Source: an uncultured bacterium
GTDB taxonomy: Bacteria > Patescibacteriota > Patescibacteriia > Patescibacteriales > UBA12465
Length of the DNA stretch: 36,584 bases
Direction: 5' to 3'
NCBI GenBank assembly: GCA_942492765.1
Contig: OW818634.1
Coordinates: forward strand, 859,159-895,742
Numbering within the stretch: the first letter of the stretch is position 1; each line of letters starts with the position of its first letter. Of this stretch, positions 26,485 through 35,477 are shown in pieces. The notes under the pieces were generated by a model, which did no database searches, was not told the origin of the DNA, and saw only the letters and a list, made by a program, of their open reading frames with translations. The position numbers were made by a program, and so were the translations under genes.

Positions 26485-26527
26485 AATACAAAATGCTTTT
26501 TGTAAGTGTTTTGTTTAGGTTTATACT

Positions 26528-29500
26528 ATGAAAAAAATATTTTGGAATTTGGGATCTATAATTTTAGGGTTATTAATTTTTATATGGTCCGCCGTTGCTG
26601 TTCAAGCGGCTACGGAAGGGGACTATAATTATACCGTTGTCGGCGGCACTACCTCTCGGATTGATAGCTATATCGGCGCGGGCGGGGACATCACTATTCC
26701 CAGCACCTTGGGCGGGCTGCCCGTGACTAATATCGGAGAGAATGCGTTTATCAGTCAGTCCAGCCTAACCAGCGTGATTATTCCTACTAGCGTGACTACT
26801 ATAGGTAATGCCGCTTTTAAAAATTGTACTGGCTTATCTAGTATAATTATTCCTGATTCCGTGACCAGCTTGGGCGACTATGTTTTTCAGAATTGTTCTA
26901 GCTTAGTTAGCGCCACTATCGGCGCCAACGTTCCGACCTTAGCCGCTGGCGTATTTGTTAATTGTACGTCTTTGGCAAGCATAACTATTCCGGCCAGCGT
27001 CACTAGCATCGGTTCCGCGCCCTTCCAAGGCTGCTCCGCCCTGACTGAGATTATCGTGAGTGTCGGCAATACCGCTTATTCCAGCGAGAACGGAGTGCTC
27101 TTCAACTTAGATAAGACCTCTCTTATAAGATATCCGAGCGGCAAATCAGGAGCTTATGTGATTCCCGCTAGTGTCGTTACTATTGAGGCCTCTGCCTTCT
27201 ATAGCGCTGTTGATTTAACTGGAGTCACGATTCCCGTCGGTGTCACTAGTATCGGAAATTCCGCTTTTTATGGCTGTGTTGCTTTATCAGCAGTAACGAT
27301 TCCGACGACAGTCACCAGTCTCGGCAGCTATGCTTTCCAGAGCTGTTCTAGTTTATCCAGTATAGCTATCCCTAATAGCGTCACCACTATTGGCAACAAC
27401 GTATTTCAAGATTGTTCTAACTTAGCCAGCGCGACCATCGGGAGCGGCATTACTGGTATTCCGGTCAGCATGTTCTTGAATTGTTACAGCCTGACTAGCA
27501 TAACGATTCCCAGCGGCGTTACCAGCATCGGCGTCAGCGCGTTCCAGGGTTGCAGCGGCTTGACTAGCGTGACCATCGGCAGCAGCGTGGCTACTATCGG
27601 CAATAATGCTTTCTATAATTGCTCTAACTTAACTAGCGTGACTATTCCAGCTAGCGTCACCAGTATCGGCAATACGGCGTTCAGGAGTAATACGCGTTCG
27701 GTCGCCGCCTATTTTTTGGGCAATGCTCCGACTATGGGCACGACGGTTTTTCTCAGCAACGCTGCCGGCTTCAAGATATATTACATCAGCGGCGCGACCG
27801 GTTTCACTAATCCTTGGTATACCTATACGACCGTCGCGGCGGCCAGCCTCGATGCCGCTAAGGTCGCCGTTGATAAGAGCGTTCTCGTCGACAATTCTAT
27901 CAGAGGGACAAATACTAATCTGGCCAACGTAAAATTTCCGTTGACAGACCCCTTGCCATCGCTCGGGACGATTAACGGCTCGACTATCACTTGGGTTTCC
28001 AATACTCCGGCAGTGGTTTCTCATGATGGCCAGACTGTAGTCAGGCCGGCCTATGGTGAAAGTAATGCAACTGTCACCATGACTGCGACTATCACTCATG
28101 GCGCTGCCTCTGATACCAAGGCTTTTGTTTTGACAGTGTTAGCGGAAACTCTGGATTTTTCTTATACTATCGCTGACGGTGCGGCGCAAATCACAGGTTA
28201 CATAGGAACAGGCGGTGCGGCTACTATCCCGGCCACCCTAGAAGGAGTTCCGGTAACCAGTATCGCTAGCTATGCCTTATCCGGAGTTGATACAATAACT
28301 AGCATAATTATCCCTGATAGCGTCACCAGTATCGGCGAATATGCTTTTCAGAGCTCCGGATTGACCGATGTAACTTTTGGCAGCGGTGTGACCGAAATCG
28401 GCATCGGCGTATTCTCTAGCTGTGCGTCTTTAGCCAGCATAACTATTCCGGCCGGCGTGACCAGTATCGGCGATTACGCTTTTCAGAGTTCCGGACTGAC
28501 CAGCATAGTTATTCCCGACGGTGTCGTTTCTGTCGGCGCTTCCGCTTTTCAGGGCTGTTCCGGATTAGCCAGCGTAACTATCGGTAGCGGCATAACGGAT
28601 ATCAGCGCCAGCATGTTTGCCGACTGTTCATCCCTAACAAGTATAACTATCCCCTCCACCATTACTAGCCTTGGTAATTATGCTTTTCAGAATTCCGGAT
28701 TAACTAGCGTCAGTATCCCTGACAGCGTTTCTGCTATCGGCTCCTTTGTCTTTAATGGTTGTTCTGGGCTCACTGCCATTACGGTCGGCGCCGGTAATGC
28801 CAATTATTCCACTCAAAACGGAGTGCTGTTTAATAAGAATAAGACAACTCTTATCGTTTTTCCTGGCGGCAAGTCTGGAACCTATACGATTCTCGCCAGC
28901 GTGACCAGCATTGAGGCTTATGCTTTTGCCGGTTGCGCATTTTTAACTAGCGTGTCTATTGCTAATAGTGTGACGACCATCGGCGATTATGCCTTTCAGG
29001 GGGCTGGATTAAGCAGTGTGACTTTCGGGACCGGCTTAGGTTCAATTAGCCCGGGGATGTTTTCCAATTGTGCGTCTTTAACTAGCATCACTATCCCGGC
29101 TAGCGTGACCAGCATCAATGATTATGCCTTTCAGAACTCCGGCCTGACTAGCATCATTATTCCTAATACTGTCAGCTCTCTCGGTTATTATGTGTTTGAT
29201 GGCTGTTCTAATTTATCTAGTGTCACTATCGGTAGCGGCTTGCAGTATATTTATGATAATGTTTTTTCTAATACTGTTTCCTTGGCTAGCATAACTATCC
29301 CAGACAACATAATCAGTATCGGTTATCATACCTTTGAAAATTCCGGTCTGACTAGTATAACCATTCCTGGCAGTGTCGATAATATTGGAGAAGGCGCTTT
29401 CTATAACGCCGCTTCCTTGGCCGGAGCTTATTTTCTAGGCGATGCCGTCTCAGTCGGGGTTAGTGTATTTGATGGTTGCGCTGCAGAATTCACAATACAT

Positions 29501-31198
29501 CATTTTAGCGGCCAGGCCGGCTTTGCAGATGCCTGGAATACATATACTACTGATACGGTGATGTCGGATGCGACTATAGTTACCGCCGATAAGAGCAGTC
29601 TAGTCTCTGGCTCTATTCAAGGAACTAATTCCAGCCTCTCTAATATAACAGTCGCCCTGACGAACCCTTTACCGGCCTCTGGCGCGAACGGCTCGACTAT
29701 CACTTGGGTTTCCGATACTCCCGGGGTCGTTTCTCACGACGGCCAGACTGTGAACAGACCCGCTTATGGAGCAAGTAATGCGACTGTCACTATGACTGCG
29801 ACTATCACTCATGGCGCCGCCTCTGACACTAAGGCCTTTACGTTAACAGTCATCGCTCTGCCTAATCCTGATATCGCTTTTGTCGCTGCCGATAAGAGTA
29901 GTTTAGTGGCTAGCTCGATCCAGGGCGCTAACGCCGATCTTGCTAACGTCGTGGTTGCTTTGACCGACCCCCTGCCATCCCTGGGCGCCAATGGCTCAGC
30001 CATTACCTGGGTTTCTAATAGCCCGGCAGTCGTATCTCACGACGGTCAGACAGTCACGCGTCCGGCTTATGGGTCTAGCAGCGCGACCGTCATCATGACC
30101 GCGACGATTGCGAAGGGAGCTATCACTGATACAAAAGCCTTTACGTTAACAATCATCGCTCTGCCTAATCCTGATATCGCTTTTGTCGCTGCCGATAAGA
30201 GCAGTCTAGTCTCTGGCTCTATTCAAGGAACTAATTCCGGCCTCTCTAATATAACAGTCGCCCTGACGAACCCCTTACCGGCCTCTGGCGCGAACGGCTC
30301 GACTATCACTTGGGTTTCCGATACTCCCGGGGTCGTTTCTCACGACGGCCAGACAGTCACGCGTCCGACCCATGTAGCCGGGAACGCGTCCGTCATCATG
30401 ACCGCGACGATTGCGAAGGGGGCTATCACTGATACAAAAGCTTTTACGCTAACAGTTATCGCGATGCCGGCCGAAGATAGTAATTCCGGCAACGATAATA
30501 ATAGCAATGCTAATTCCGGCGGAGCGCCGATTTCATTGCCTGCTGTCGGACATGGCGCTAATACTGTCATTGTCAGCATGAATCAGTCCGGCAATATCGG
30601 CGCCGTTACTTCCCAGGGAACGAATCTCCTTACTTATATCAACGCCAACGCTAGCTTCAATATCCCCAGTATTGTTTCTGGCGGCTCGGAGACACATACT
30701 CTTTTTGTTAATGACCTTGATCTTTTCAATAATAATATCCAATTAACCATCCAGTCCGCTCCTCAGACTGTTAATCTCCAGCTAGGACAAGCCGCTCAGC
30801 TAGATCTCGATGGCGATAAGATTAAAGATATCGAGATTAAGTTCGCTGACCTTTGGGTGAACAGAGTCGAACTTACTGTCCGCGCCCTCTTGGGCATCGA
30901 GGAAGCGCAGGCTGAAGCGACCACGACCTCGACTCCTGTCGTTCAGATGGTTAAATACCTTTTCAAGCGCAATCTTTCTAGCGGTATGATCGGTCCAGAT
31001 GTTAAAGAGCTTCAGAAATATCTTAATGCCAATGGCTTCATAGTCGCCAAGGTCGGTGCCGGCTCTCCGAGGAAAGAGACTGCCTACTTCGGCGCTGCTA
31101 CCAGAGCGGCTCTCATTAGATTTCAGAAGGCTAACAAGATAACTCCAGCTGTCGGCTACTTCGGTCCGATAACGCGAAAGGCGCTAGGCTTAAAATAA
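26528..31198 (+). CDS. Large surface protein: signal peptide, two BspA-type LRR (LRR_5) blocks, four Ig-like repeats, a DxDGD-containing domain and a C-terminal peptidoglycan-binding domain
   Basis: AVQA-A signal; many LTSITIPxSVTSIGxxAFxxC repeats; 101-aa NGSTITWVS...RP...ATVTMTATI modules; LDLDGDKIKD; DVKELQKYLN...FGAATRAALIRFQ...GYFGPIT. Confidence 0.9.
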   Translation: MKKIFWNLGSIILGLLIFIWSAVAVQAATEGDYNYTVVGGTTSRIDSYIGAGGDITIPSTLGGLPVTNIGENAFISQSSLTSVIIPTSVTTIGNAAFKNCTGLSSIIIPDSVTSLGDYVFQNCSSLVSATIGANVPTLAAGVFVNCTSLASITIPASVTSIGSAPFQGCSALTEIIVSVGNTAYSSENGVLFNLDKTSLIRYPSGKSGAYVIPASVVTIEASAFYSAVDLTGVTIPVGVTSIGNSAFYGCVALSAVTIPTTVTSLGSYAFQSCSSLSSIAIPNSVTTIGNNVFQDCSNLASATIGSGITGIPVSMFLNCYSLTSITIPSGVTSIGVSAFQGCSGLTSVTIGSSVATIGNNAFYNCSNLTSVTIPASVTSIGNTAFRSNTRSVAAYFLGNAPTMGTTVFLSNAAGFKIYYISGATGFTNPWYTYTTVAAASLDAAKVAVDKSVLVDNSIRGTNTNLANVKFPLTDPLPSLGTINGSTITWVSNTPAVVSHDGQTVVRPAYGESNATVTMTATITHGAASDTKAFVLTVLAETLDFSYTIADGAAQITGYIGTGGAATIPATLEGVPVTSIASYALSGVDTITSIIIPDSVTSIGEYAFQSSGLTDVTFGSGVTEIGIGVFSSCASLASITIPAGVTSIGDYAFQSSGLTSIVIPDGVVSVGASAFQGCSGLASVTIGSGITDISASMFADCSSLTSITIPSTITSLGNYAFQNSGLTSVSIPDSVSAIGSFVFNGCSGLTAITVGAGNANYSTQNGVLFNKNKTTLIVFPGGKSGTYTILASVTSIEAYAFAGCAFLTSVSIANSVTTIGDYAFQGAGLSSVTFGTGLGSISPGMFSNCASLTSITIPASVTSINDYAFQNSGLTSIIIPNTVSSLGYYVFDGCSNLSSVTIGSGLQYIYDNVFSNTVSLASITIPDNIISIGYHTFENSGLTSITIPGSVDNIGEGAFYNAASLAGAYFLGDAVSVGVSVFDGCAAEFTIHHFSGQAGFADAWNTYTTDTVMSDATIVTADKSSLVSGSIQGTNSSLSNITVALTNPLPASGANGSTITWVSDTPGVVSHDGQTVNRPAYGASNATVTMTATITHGAASDTKAFTLTVIALPNPDIAFVAADKSSLVASSIQGANADLANVVVALTDPLPSLGANGSAITWVSNSPAVVSHDGQTVTRPAYGSSSATVIMTATIAKGAITDTKAFTLTIIALPNPDIAFVAADKSSLVSGSIQGTNSGLSNITVALTNPLPASGANGSTITWVSDTPGVVSHDGQTVTRPTHVAGNASVIMTATIAKGAITDTKAFTLTVIAMPAEDSNSGNDNNSNANSGGAPISLPAVGHGANTVIVSMNQSGNIGAVTSQGTNLLTYINANASFNIPSIVSGGSETHTLFVNDLDLFNNNIQLTIQSAPQTVNLQLGQAAQLDLDGDKIKDIEIKFADLWVNRVELTVRALLGIEEAQAEATTTSTPVVQMVKYLFKRNLSSGMIGPDVKELQKYLNANGFIVAKVGAGSPRKETAYFGAATRAALIRFQKANKITPAVGYFGPITRKALGLK
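27869..28144 (+). repeat. Ig-like module copy A (dispersed intragenic repeat)
   Basis: Shares exact blocks aacggctcgactatcacttgggtttcc and atgactgcgactatcactcatggcgc with the copy at 29585. Confidence 0.85.
29585..30469 (+). repeat. Three tandem 303-bp Ig-like modules (B, C, D)
   Basis: gccgataagag recurs at 29585, 29888 and 30191. 29585-29748 vs 30191-30354 differ at 2 of 164 nt. 29834-29898 vs 30137-30201 differ at 1 of 65 nt. Confidence 0.95.
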
Positions 31199-31336
31199 GG
31201 GGTATTGACAACTTTCTTTTCCACAGATAAGAGTTAATTTTAGTTTAAAAATACCTATTTCATGCTATAATATCTATAGGTATTTTATTTTATATATTTT
31301 TTAAAAAATTATTTAATTAATAACTTCATCAAACTT

Positions 31337-33406
31337 ATGAAGAGAGTCCTGAAAAACTCATTGGTAGCCGCCTTAGGGCTATTGATGTTCGTCCTGACTG
31401 CTGCAACTGTCAAGGCAGCAACCGAAGGTGATTTCGAGTATACGACTTTAAGCGATCAGACCGCTCAAGTTACCGGCTATATCGGTTCTGATTCAGCTAT
31501 TACTATCCCGGCCACATTAGGAGGCCTCCCCGTGAGCAGTATTGGCAATAGTGCATTTGCTAATCGCACTGGCTTGACTAGCGTGGTTATTCCCGAGGGT
31601 ATTAAGACTATCGGTGACGACGCCTTTAAAGGCTGCACGGGCTTATCTAGTATCGCGCTGCCTAGCACTTTGACCGGCATCGGCTACTCTCCTTTTCAAG
31701 GCTCTGGTATAACTCAGATTACCGTAGATAGCAATAATTCGAGCTATTCTAGTGAGAATGGCGTTTTGTTCAATAAAGACAAGACCGTCCTCGTCACTTA
31801 TCCCGGTGGAATCTCGGGAGCTTATACCGTTCCTAATAGCGTAACTCAAATTAGAAATAACGCTTTTGCGTATTGTACTGGCCTGACCAGCTTGAATCTC
31901 GGCGCTGGCGTAGCGAGCATCGGTGAAAGCGCTTTTAAGGGCTGCACCGGACTGGCGAGCATTACTTTTGGCCAGAGCGTCTCCACTATCGGAAACAACG
32001 CTTTTTACGGCTGCACTGGTTTGGCTGAAATTATCGTAGACAGCAATAATTCAACTTATGCCGGCGAGGATGGGGTTCTGTATAATAAAAGCAAGACCGC
32101 TATTTTAATATTTCCGAGCGGCAAGTCCGGTTCTTATGTAATACCAAATACCGTCACTAGCATCGGCGAAAGCGCTTTTAAGGGCTATACAGGATTGACT
32201 AGCGTCACTATCGGTAATGGCGTGACCAGTATCGGCGATTACGCTTTTTACGGTTGCACCGGCTTGACTAGTATAACTATCCCTAACGGCGTGGTTACTA
32301 TCGGGCAGTATGCTTTCCATGGCATCAATATTACCAGCCTAGATATTCCAGACAGCGTTACTAGTATTGGCAATTATGCGTTCGCTAATTGCGCGCAGTT
32401 AGCCAGCTTGACTCTCGGCAGCGGCTTGACTAGTATCGGCGCCGCCGCCTTTCGTGGCTGTACTGTTTTAGCTAGCGTAGTTATTCCTAACAGCGTCACT
32501 AGCATCGGCGAAAGCGCCTTTAAAAAATGCTCTAATTTGGCGAGTGTAACTTTGGGTACCGGCATAACTAATATCAGTAGCGCCACATTCTATGAATGTC
32601 CGAGATTAACAAGCGTGACTATCCCGAGCAATGTTACTAATATTGAGGTAGCTGCTTTTCAGAATTGTCGGACCTTGGCTGCGGCTAATTTTTCTGGCAA
32701 CGCCCCTACGATGGGCGCCGGTGTCTTTCAAGGCGCCGCTGGTAACTTTAAGGTATATTACTTTAGCGATAAGACCGGTTTTACCAACCCTTGGTATACA
32801 TATACGACCGTATCAGTGCCAGCTCCGGCGGCCGCCGCTCCCGCAGCAACTTCAGCGGCCCCAGTGGCTGCTACCGCCGCTGTCTCCTCTCTAGATACTA
32901 GCAGTAGCGTCCTGTCTGTTTCTAGTCCGAGCGTTGTCGCCTCCAGCACGAACGAGATATTGACGGCTTCCAGTACGAGTGCCATCCTAACTGCTTCTAG
33001 CACAGATCTCAAGGTTTCTGTTCTTAAAGTATCGGCCGCTACCACAACTCCGGTTGTAGCAGAAAGTGTAACCTCATCTGCTCCTGGAGCCGCTAACGGA
33101 TCTTCGTCGGGCTCAGGAATAAAGACAGCCGCTAATACCGCAGTGGCCGTCAGCCCCGAAGTAAAGGCCGTCTTAGTACGTAATTTGACCGTGGGCACGA
33201 CCGGATCAGACGTTAAGGAATTACAAAAATTCTTAAACTCTACTGGCTTCGCAGTTGCTGCGACCGGTTCAGGGGCGACTGGGCAAGAAACTACCTACTT
33301 CGGATCTTTAACTCGGAAAGCTCTCATTAAGTTTCAGGCCGCTAATAATCTTCCGGCTACAGGCTATTTCGGCCCGATGACAAAGAAAGTAATTAATTCA
33401 AACTAA
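31337..33406 (+). CDS. BspA-type LRR surface protein with a Ser/Thr/Ala-rich linker and C-terminal peptidoglycan-binding domain
   Basis: TVKA-ATEGDF N-terminus nearly matches the upstream gene; LRR_5 repeats; FTNPWYTYTTV cap; RNLTVG..GSDVKELQKFLN...GYFGPMT. Confidence 0.9.
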   Translation: MKRVLKNSLVAALGLLMFVLTAATVKAATEGDFEYTTLSDQTAQVTGYIGSDSAITIPATLGGLPVSSIGNSAFANRTGLTSVVIPEGIKTIGDDAFKGCTGLSSIALPSTLTGIGYSPFQGSGITQITVDSNNSSYSSENGVLFNKDKTVLVTYPGGISGAYTVPNSVTQIRNNAFAYCTGLTSLNLGAGVASIGESAFKGCTGLASITFGQSVSTIGNNAFYGCTGLAEIIVDSNNSTYAGEDGVLYNKSKTAILIFPSGKSGSYVIPNTVTSIGESAFKGYTGLTSVTIGNGVTSIGDYAFYGCTGLTSITIPNGVVTIGQYAFHGINITSLDIPDSVTSIGNYAFANCAQLASLTLGSGLTSIGAAAFRGCTVLASVVIPNSVTSIGESAFKKCSNLASVTLGTGITNISSATFYECPRLTSVTIPSNVTNIEVAAFQNCRTLAAANFSGNAPTMGAGVFQGAAGNFKVYYFSDKTGFTNPWYTYTTVSVPAPAAAAPAATSAAPVAATAAVSSLDTSSSVLSVSSPSVVASSTNEILTASSTSAILTASSTDLKVSVLKVSAATTTPVVAESVTSSAPGAANGSSSGSGIKTAANTAVAVSPEVKAVLVRNLTVGTTGSDVKELQKFLNSTGFAVAATGSGATGQETTYFGSLTRKALIKFQAANNLPATGYFGPMTKKVINSN

Positions 33407-33414
33407 AGCCAGTC

Positions 33415-34704
33415 ATGTATCAAAAACTATCCAACCAAGAACCTAAGGGAACGTCCGACTGGCTGCCGGAAGAGTTTCTGATACGGAAATATATCTTTGA
33501 CGCTTGGCGCCGCGTCTGTTTGCGCTACGGCTTCGAGGAGTACCTGACGCCATTAGTCGAAAGCGCGGAAATCTATCGCGCGAAATCAGGCGAGGATATC
33601 GGCGGGAAAGAGCTGGTGACCTTCCAGGACTTAGGCGGTCGGGAATTATCTATCCGTCCGGAGATGACGCCGTCGGTTACCCGCATGGTGACCAAAGTTT
33701 ACGCGTCTAGCCCTAAACCTTTGAAATATTTTTCGATTGCGAACTTCATGCGCAACGAGAAGCCGCAGCGCGGACGCAACCGTGAGTTCTGGCAATTGAA
33801 TTGCGACGTCTTCGGCAGCGATGTGCTTTCCGCCGATATCGAGATTGTGCAATTAGCCCTGGATATAATGTTAGAGTTCGATCCGCCCCAAGACTCTTTT
33901 GTCTTATCTCTTAATAACCGGAAGTTAATCGATGCGGTCCTCGATCTGAGCGGCGCTAATCAGTTATCAGCCGCCGACAAGACCGCTGTCGTCCGCACTT
34001 TAGATAAATGGGATAAGCTGGATAGGGCGGCAATCAAGGAACGCTTAGAAAAGGCTGGATTAGATAAGAAAGCGCAACTAGTCATTGAGAAGTTTATGGC
34101 TAGCCGAACGCTGGAAGAGCTGAGCAGTAATCTGCCGGGCGTCAGCGATAATATCGGCTTCAAGGAATTGGCTGAGACCATGCGGACTTTAGATGAATCT
34201 GGCTATGGCGAATTGATCGCCTTTAATCCGGCGGTCATCCGCGGCTTTGATTATTATGACGGTTTGGTATTTGAAGTTTTTGATAAGAACCCGGAAAATA
34301 ATCGCGCTATGTTCGGCGGCGGCCGCTATAATGGTCTAGCGGATATTTTCGGTGAGAAGAACTTTCCGGCCGTCGGCTTTGCTCCAGGCGATGAGACGAC
34401 CCGGCTGTTCTTGGAAAGCTGGCAATTGACCGAGGGTATCAGAGCCTCAGCTCCGGATAAGTATTATCTGCCCTTGCTCAAATCGTCCTTGGCGCCTGAA
34501 ACTAATCGCTTAGCTAAAGAGCTGCGCGGCCAAGGCAAGAACGTGCTTGTCGGTCTGGAAGAGCAGAAAGTCGGCAAGGCTCTGGAATTCGCCAATAAGA
34601 AGGGCATCTCTCGAGTCGCTATCATGGGAGAAGACGAGGCTGCGCGGGGAATGTATAAGATCAAGGATATGGCTGATGGAACAGAGAAAGAGTTTTCTCT
34701 TTAG
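33415..34704 (+). CDS. hisS: Histidine--tRNA ligase
   Basis: PKGTSDW, RPEMT, RNEKPQRGRNREFWQ, RGFDYYDG.VFE, GGGRY, AVGFAPG, C-terminal anticodon-binding domain. Confidence 0.95.
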   Translation: MYQKLSNQEPKGTSDWLPEEFLIRKYIFDAWRRVCLRYGFEEYLTPLVESAEIYRAKSGEDIGGKELVTFQDLGGRELSIRPEMTPSVTRMVTKVYASSPKPLKYFSIANFMRNEKPQRGRNREFWQLNCDVFGSDVLSADIEIVQLALDIMLEFDPPQDSFVLSLNNRKLIDAVLDLSGANQLSAADKTAVVRTLDKWDKLDRAAIKERLEKAGLDKKAQLVIEKFMASRTLEELSSNLPGVSDNIGFKELAETMRTLDESGYGELIAFNPAVIRGFDYYDGLVFEVFDKNPENNRAMFGGGRYNGLADIFGEKNFPAVGFAPGDETTRLFLESWQLTEGIRASAPDKYYLPLLKSSLAPETNRLAKELRGQGKNVLVGLEEQKVGKALEFANKKGISRVAIMGEDEAARGMYKIKDMADGTEKEFSL

Positions 34705-34738
34705 CAGCGCGCTTGATAAATGATAATTTCTTGAATTT

Positions 34739-34776
34739 AAAAAAAACAGCTGCCTGACAGGCGGCTGTTATTTTTT
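34739..34776. terminator. Bidirectional terminator between hisS and rnhB
   Basis: aacagctgcct-gac-aggcggctgtt flanked by A and T tracts. Confidence 0.75.
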
Positions 34777-35394
34777 ATTCGCCTCTTTGACCGGGGCGAA
34801 GCTGAAGCGGTGCAAGGGGCAGGGGCCGTGCTGCTTCAATAGATTCATGTGGTCTTTAGTGCCGTAGCCCTTATGCTTGGCGAATTGATATTGCGGATAT
34901 TCTTTGTCGATTTCCGTCATCATCCAGTCGCGGCTGACTTTCGCGATGATTGAAGCGGCGGCGATCGTCCAGACAGTCGCGTCTCCGCGGACGATAGCGC
35001 TTTGTGGCGTCTTCAGTTTTGGAATCTTGAAGCTGCCGTCAGTGATGATATAGTCGGGTTCGAGCGGTAATTTCTTAATAGCGCGGCGCATAGCTAGGAA
35101 AGACGCTTGGAGGATATTGATCTTATCGATCGTGCCGCTATTGACGACGCCGATCTCGACAGCCAAGGCTTTCTCCTTGATGACATGGAAAAGGTATTCG
35201 CGCTTCTTAGCAGTCAGCTTCTTCGAGTCGGCGATCAGCTCTAAGTCAGAGCTGTCAATCTGGAAATCAGGGCCGATGACGACGCAGGCAGCTACGACCG
35301 GTCCGGCCAAAGGGCCGCGGCCAGCCTCATCCACGCCGCCGATGAGCCGGAAGCCTTTATCGAAATATGATTTTTCAGTGCTGAGGTCGAGCAT
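34768..35394 (-). CDS. rnhB: Ribonuclease HII
   Basis: GVDEAGRGPLAGPVVAA, DSKKL, AAASIIAKVSRD, HKGYGT, HRFSF. Confidence 0.97.
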   Translation of the reverse strand: MLDLSTEKSYFDKGFRLIGGVDEAGRGPLAGPVVAACVVIGPDFQIDSSDLELIADSKKLTAKKREYLFHVIKEKALAVEIGVVNSGTIDKINILQASFLAMRRAIKKLPLEPDYIITDGSFKIPKLKTPQSAIVRGDATVWTIAAASIIAKVSRDWMMTEIDKEYPQYQFAKHKGYGTKDHMNLLKQHGPCPLHRFSFAPVKEANKK

Positions 35395-35418
35395 ATTTTT
35401 ATGGGTTCATTATAACAT

Positions 35419-35463
35419 AAAAAAACCGGGAAACAAGCGCTGGTAGCGGCTGTTTTCCCGGTT
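35419..35463 (-). terminator. Intrinsic terminator after the 35478..36455 gene
   Basis: aaccgggaaa...agcgct-ggt-agcg...ttttcccggtt imperfect hairpin with an A tract (T tract on the minus strand). Confidence 0.6.
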
Positions 35464-35477
35464 AAGGCAGAAATAGG

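Noticed and set aside
29585-30469. Near-identical repeats as a diversity-generating retroelement TR/VR pair
   Set aside because: No reverse transcriptase is present in the window. The repeats are in-frame tandem domains. The two B/D differences (A>G and a synonymous T>C) do not show adenine-specific mutagenesis.
31217-31225. TTTTCCACA DnaA-box-like 9-mer in an AT-rich intergenic region (possible oriC)
   Set aside because: Only one box in a 138-bp gap and no dnaA/dnaN nearby; a chance match is likely.
26700-32810. Periodic LRR-coding DNA or 303-bp units as a CRISPR array
   Set aside because: The repeats are degenerate codon-level repeats inside long ORFs, with no constant repeat and unique spacer structure and no cas genes.
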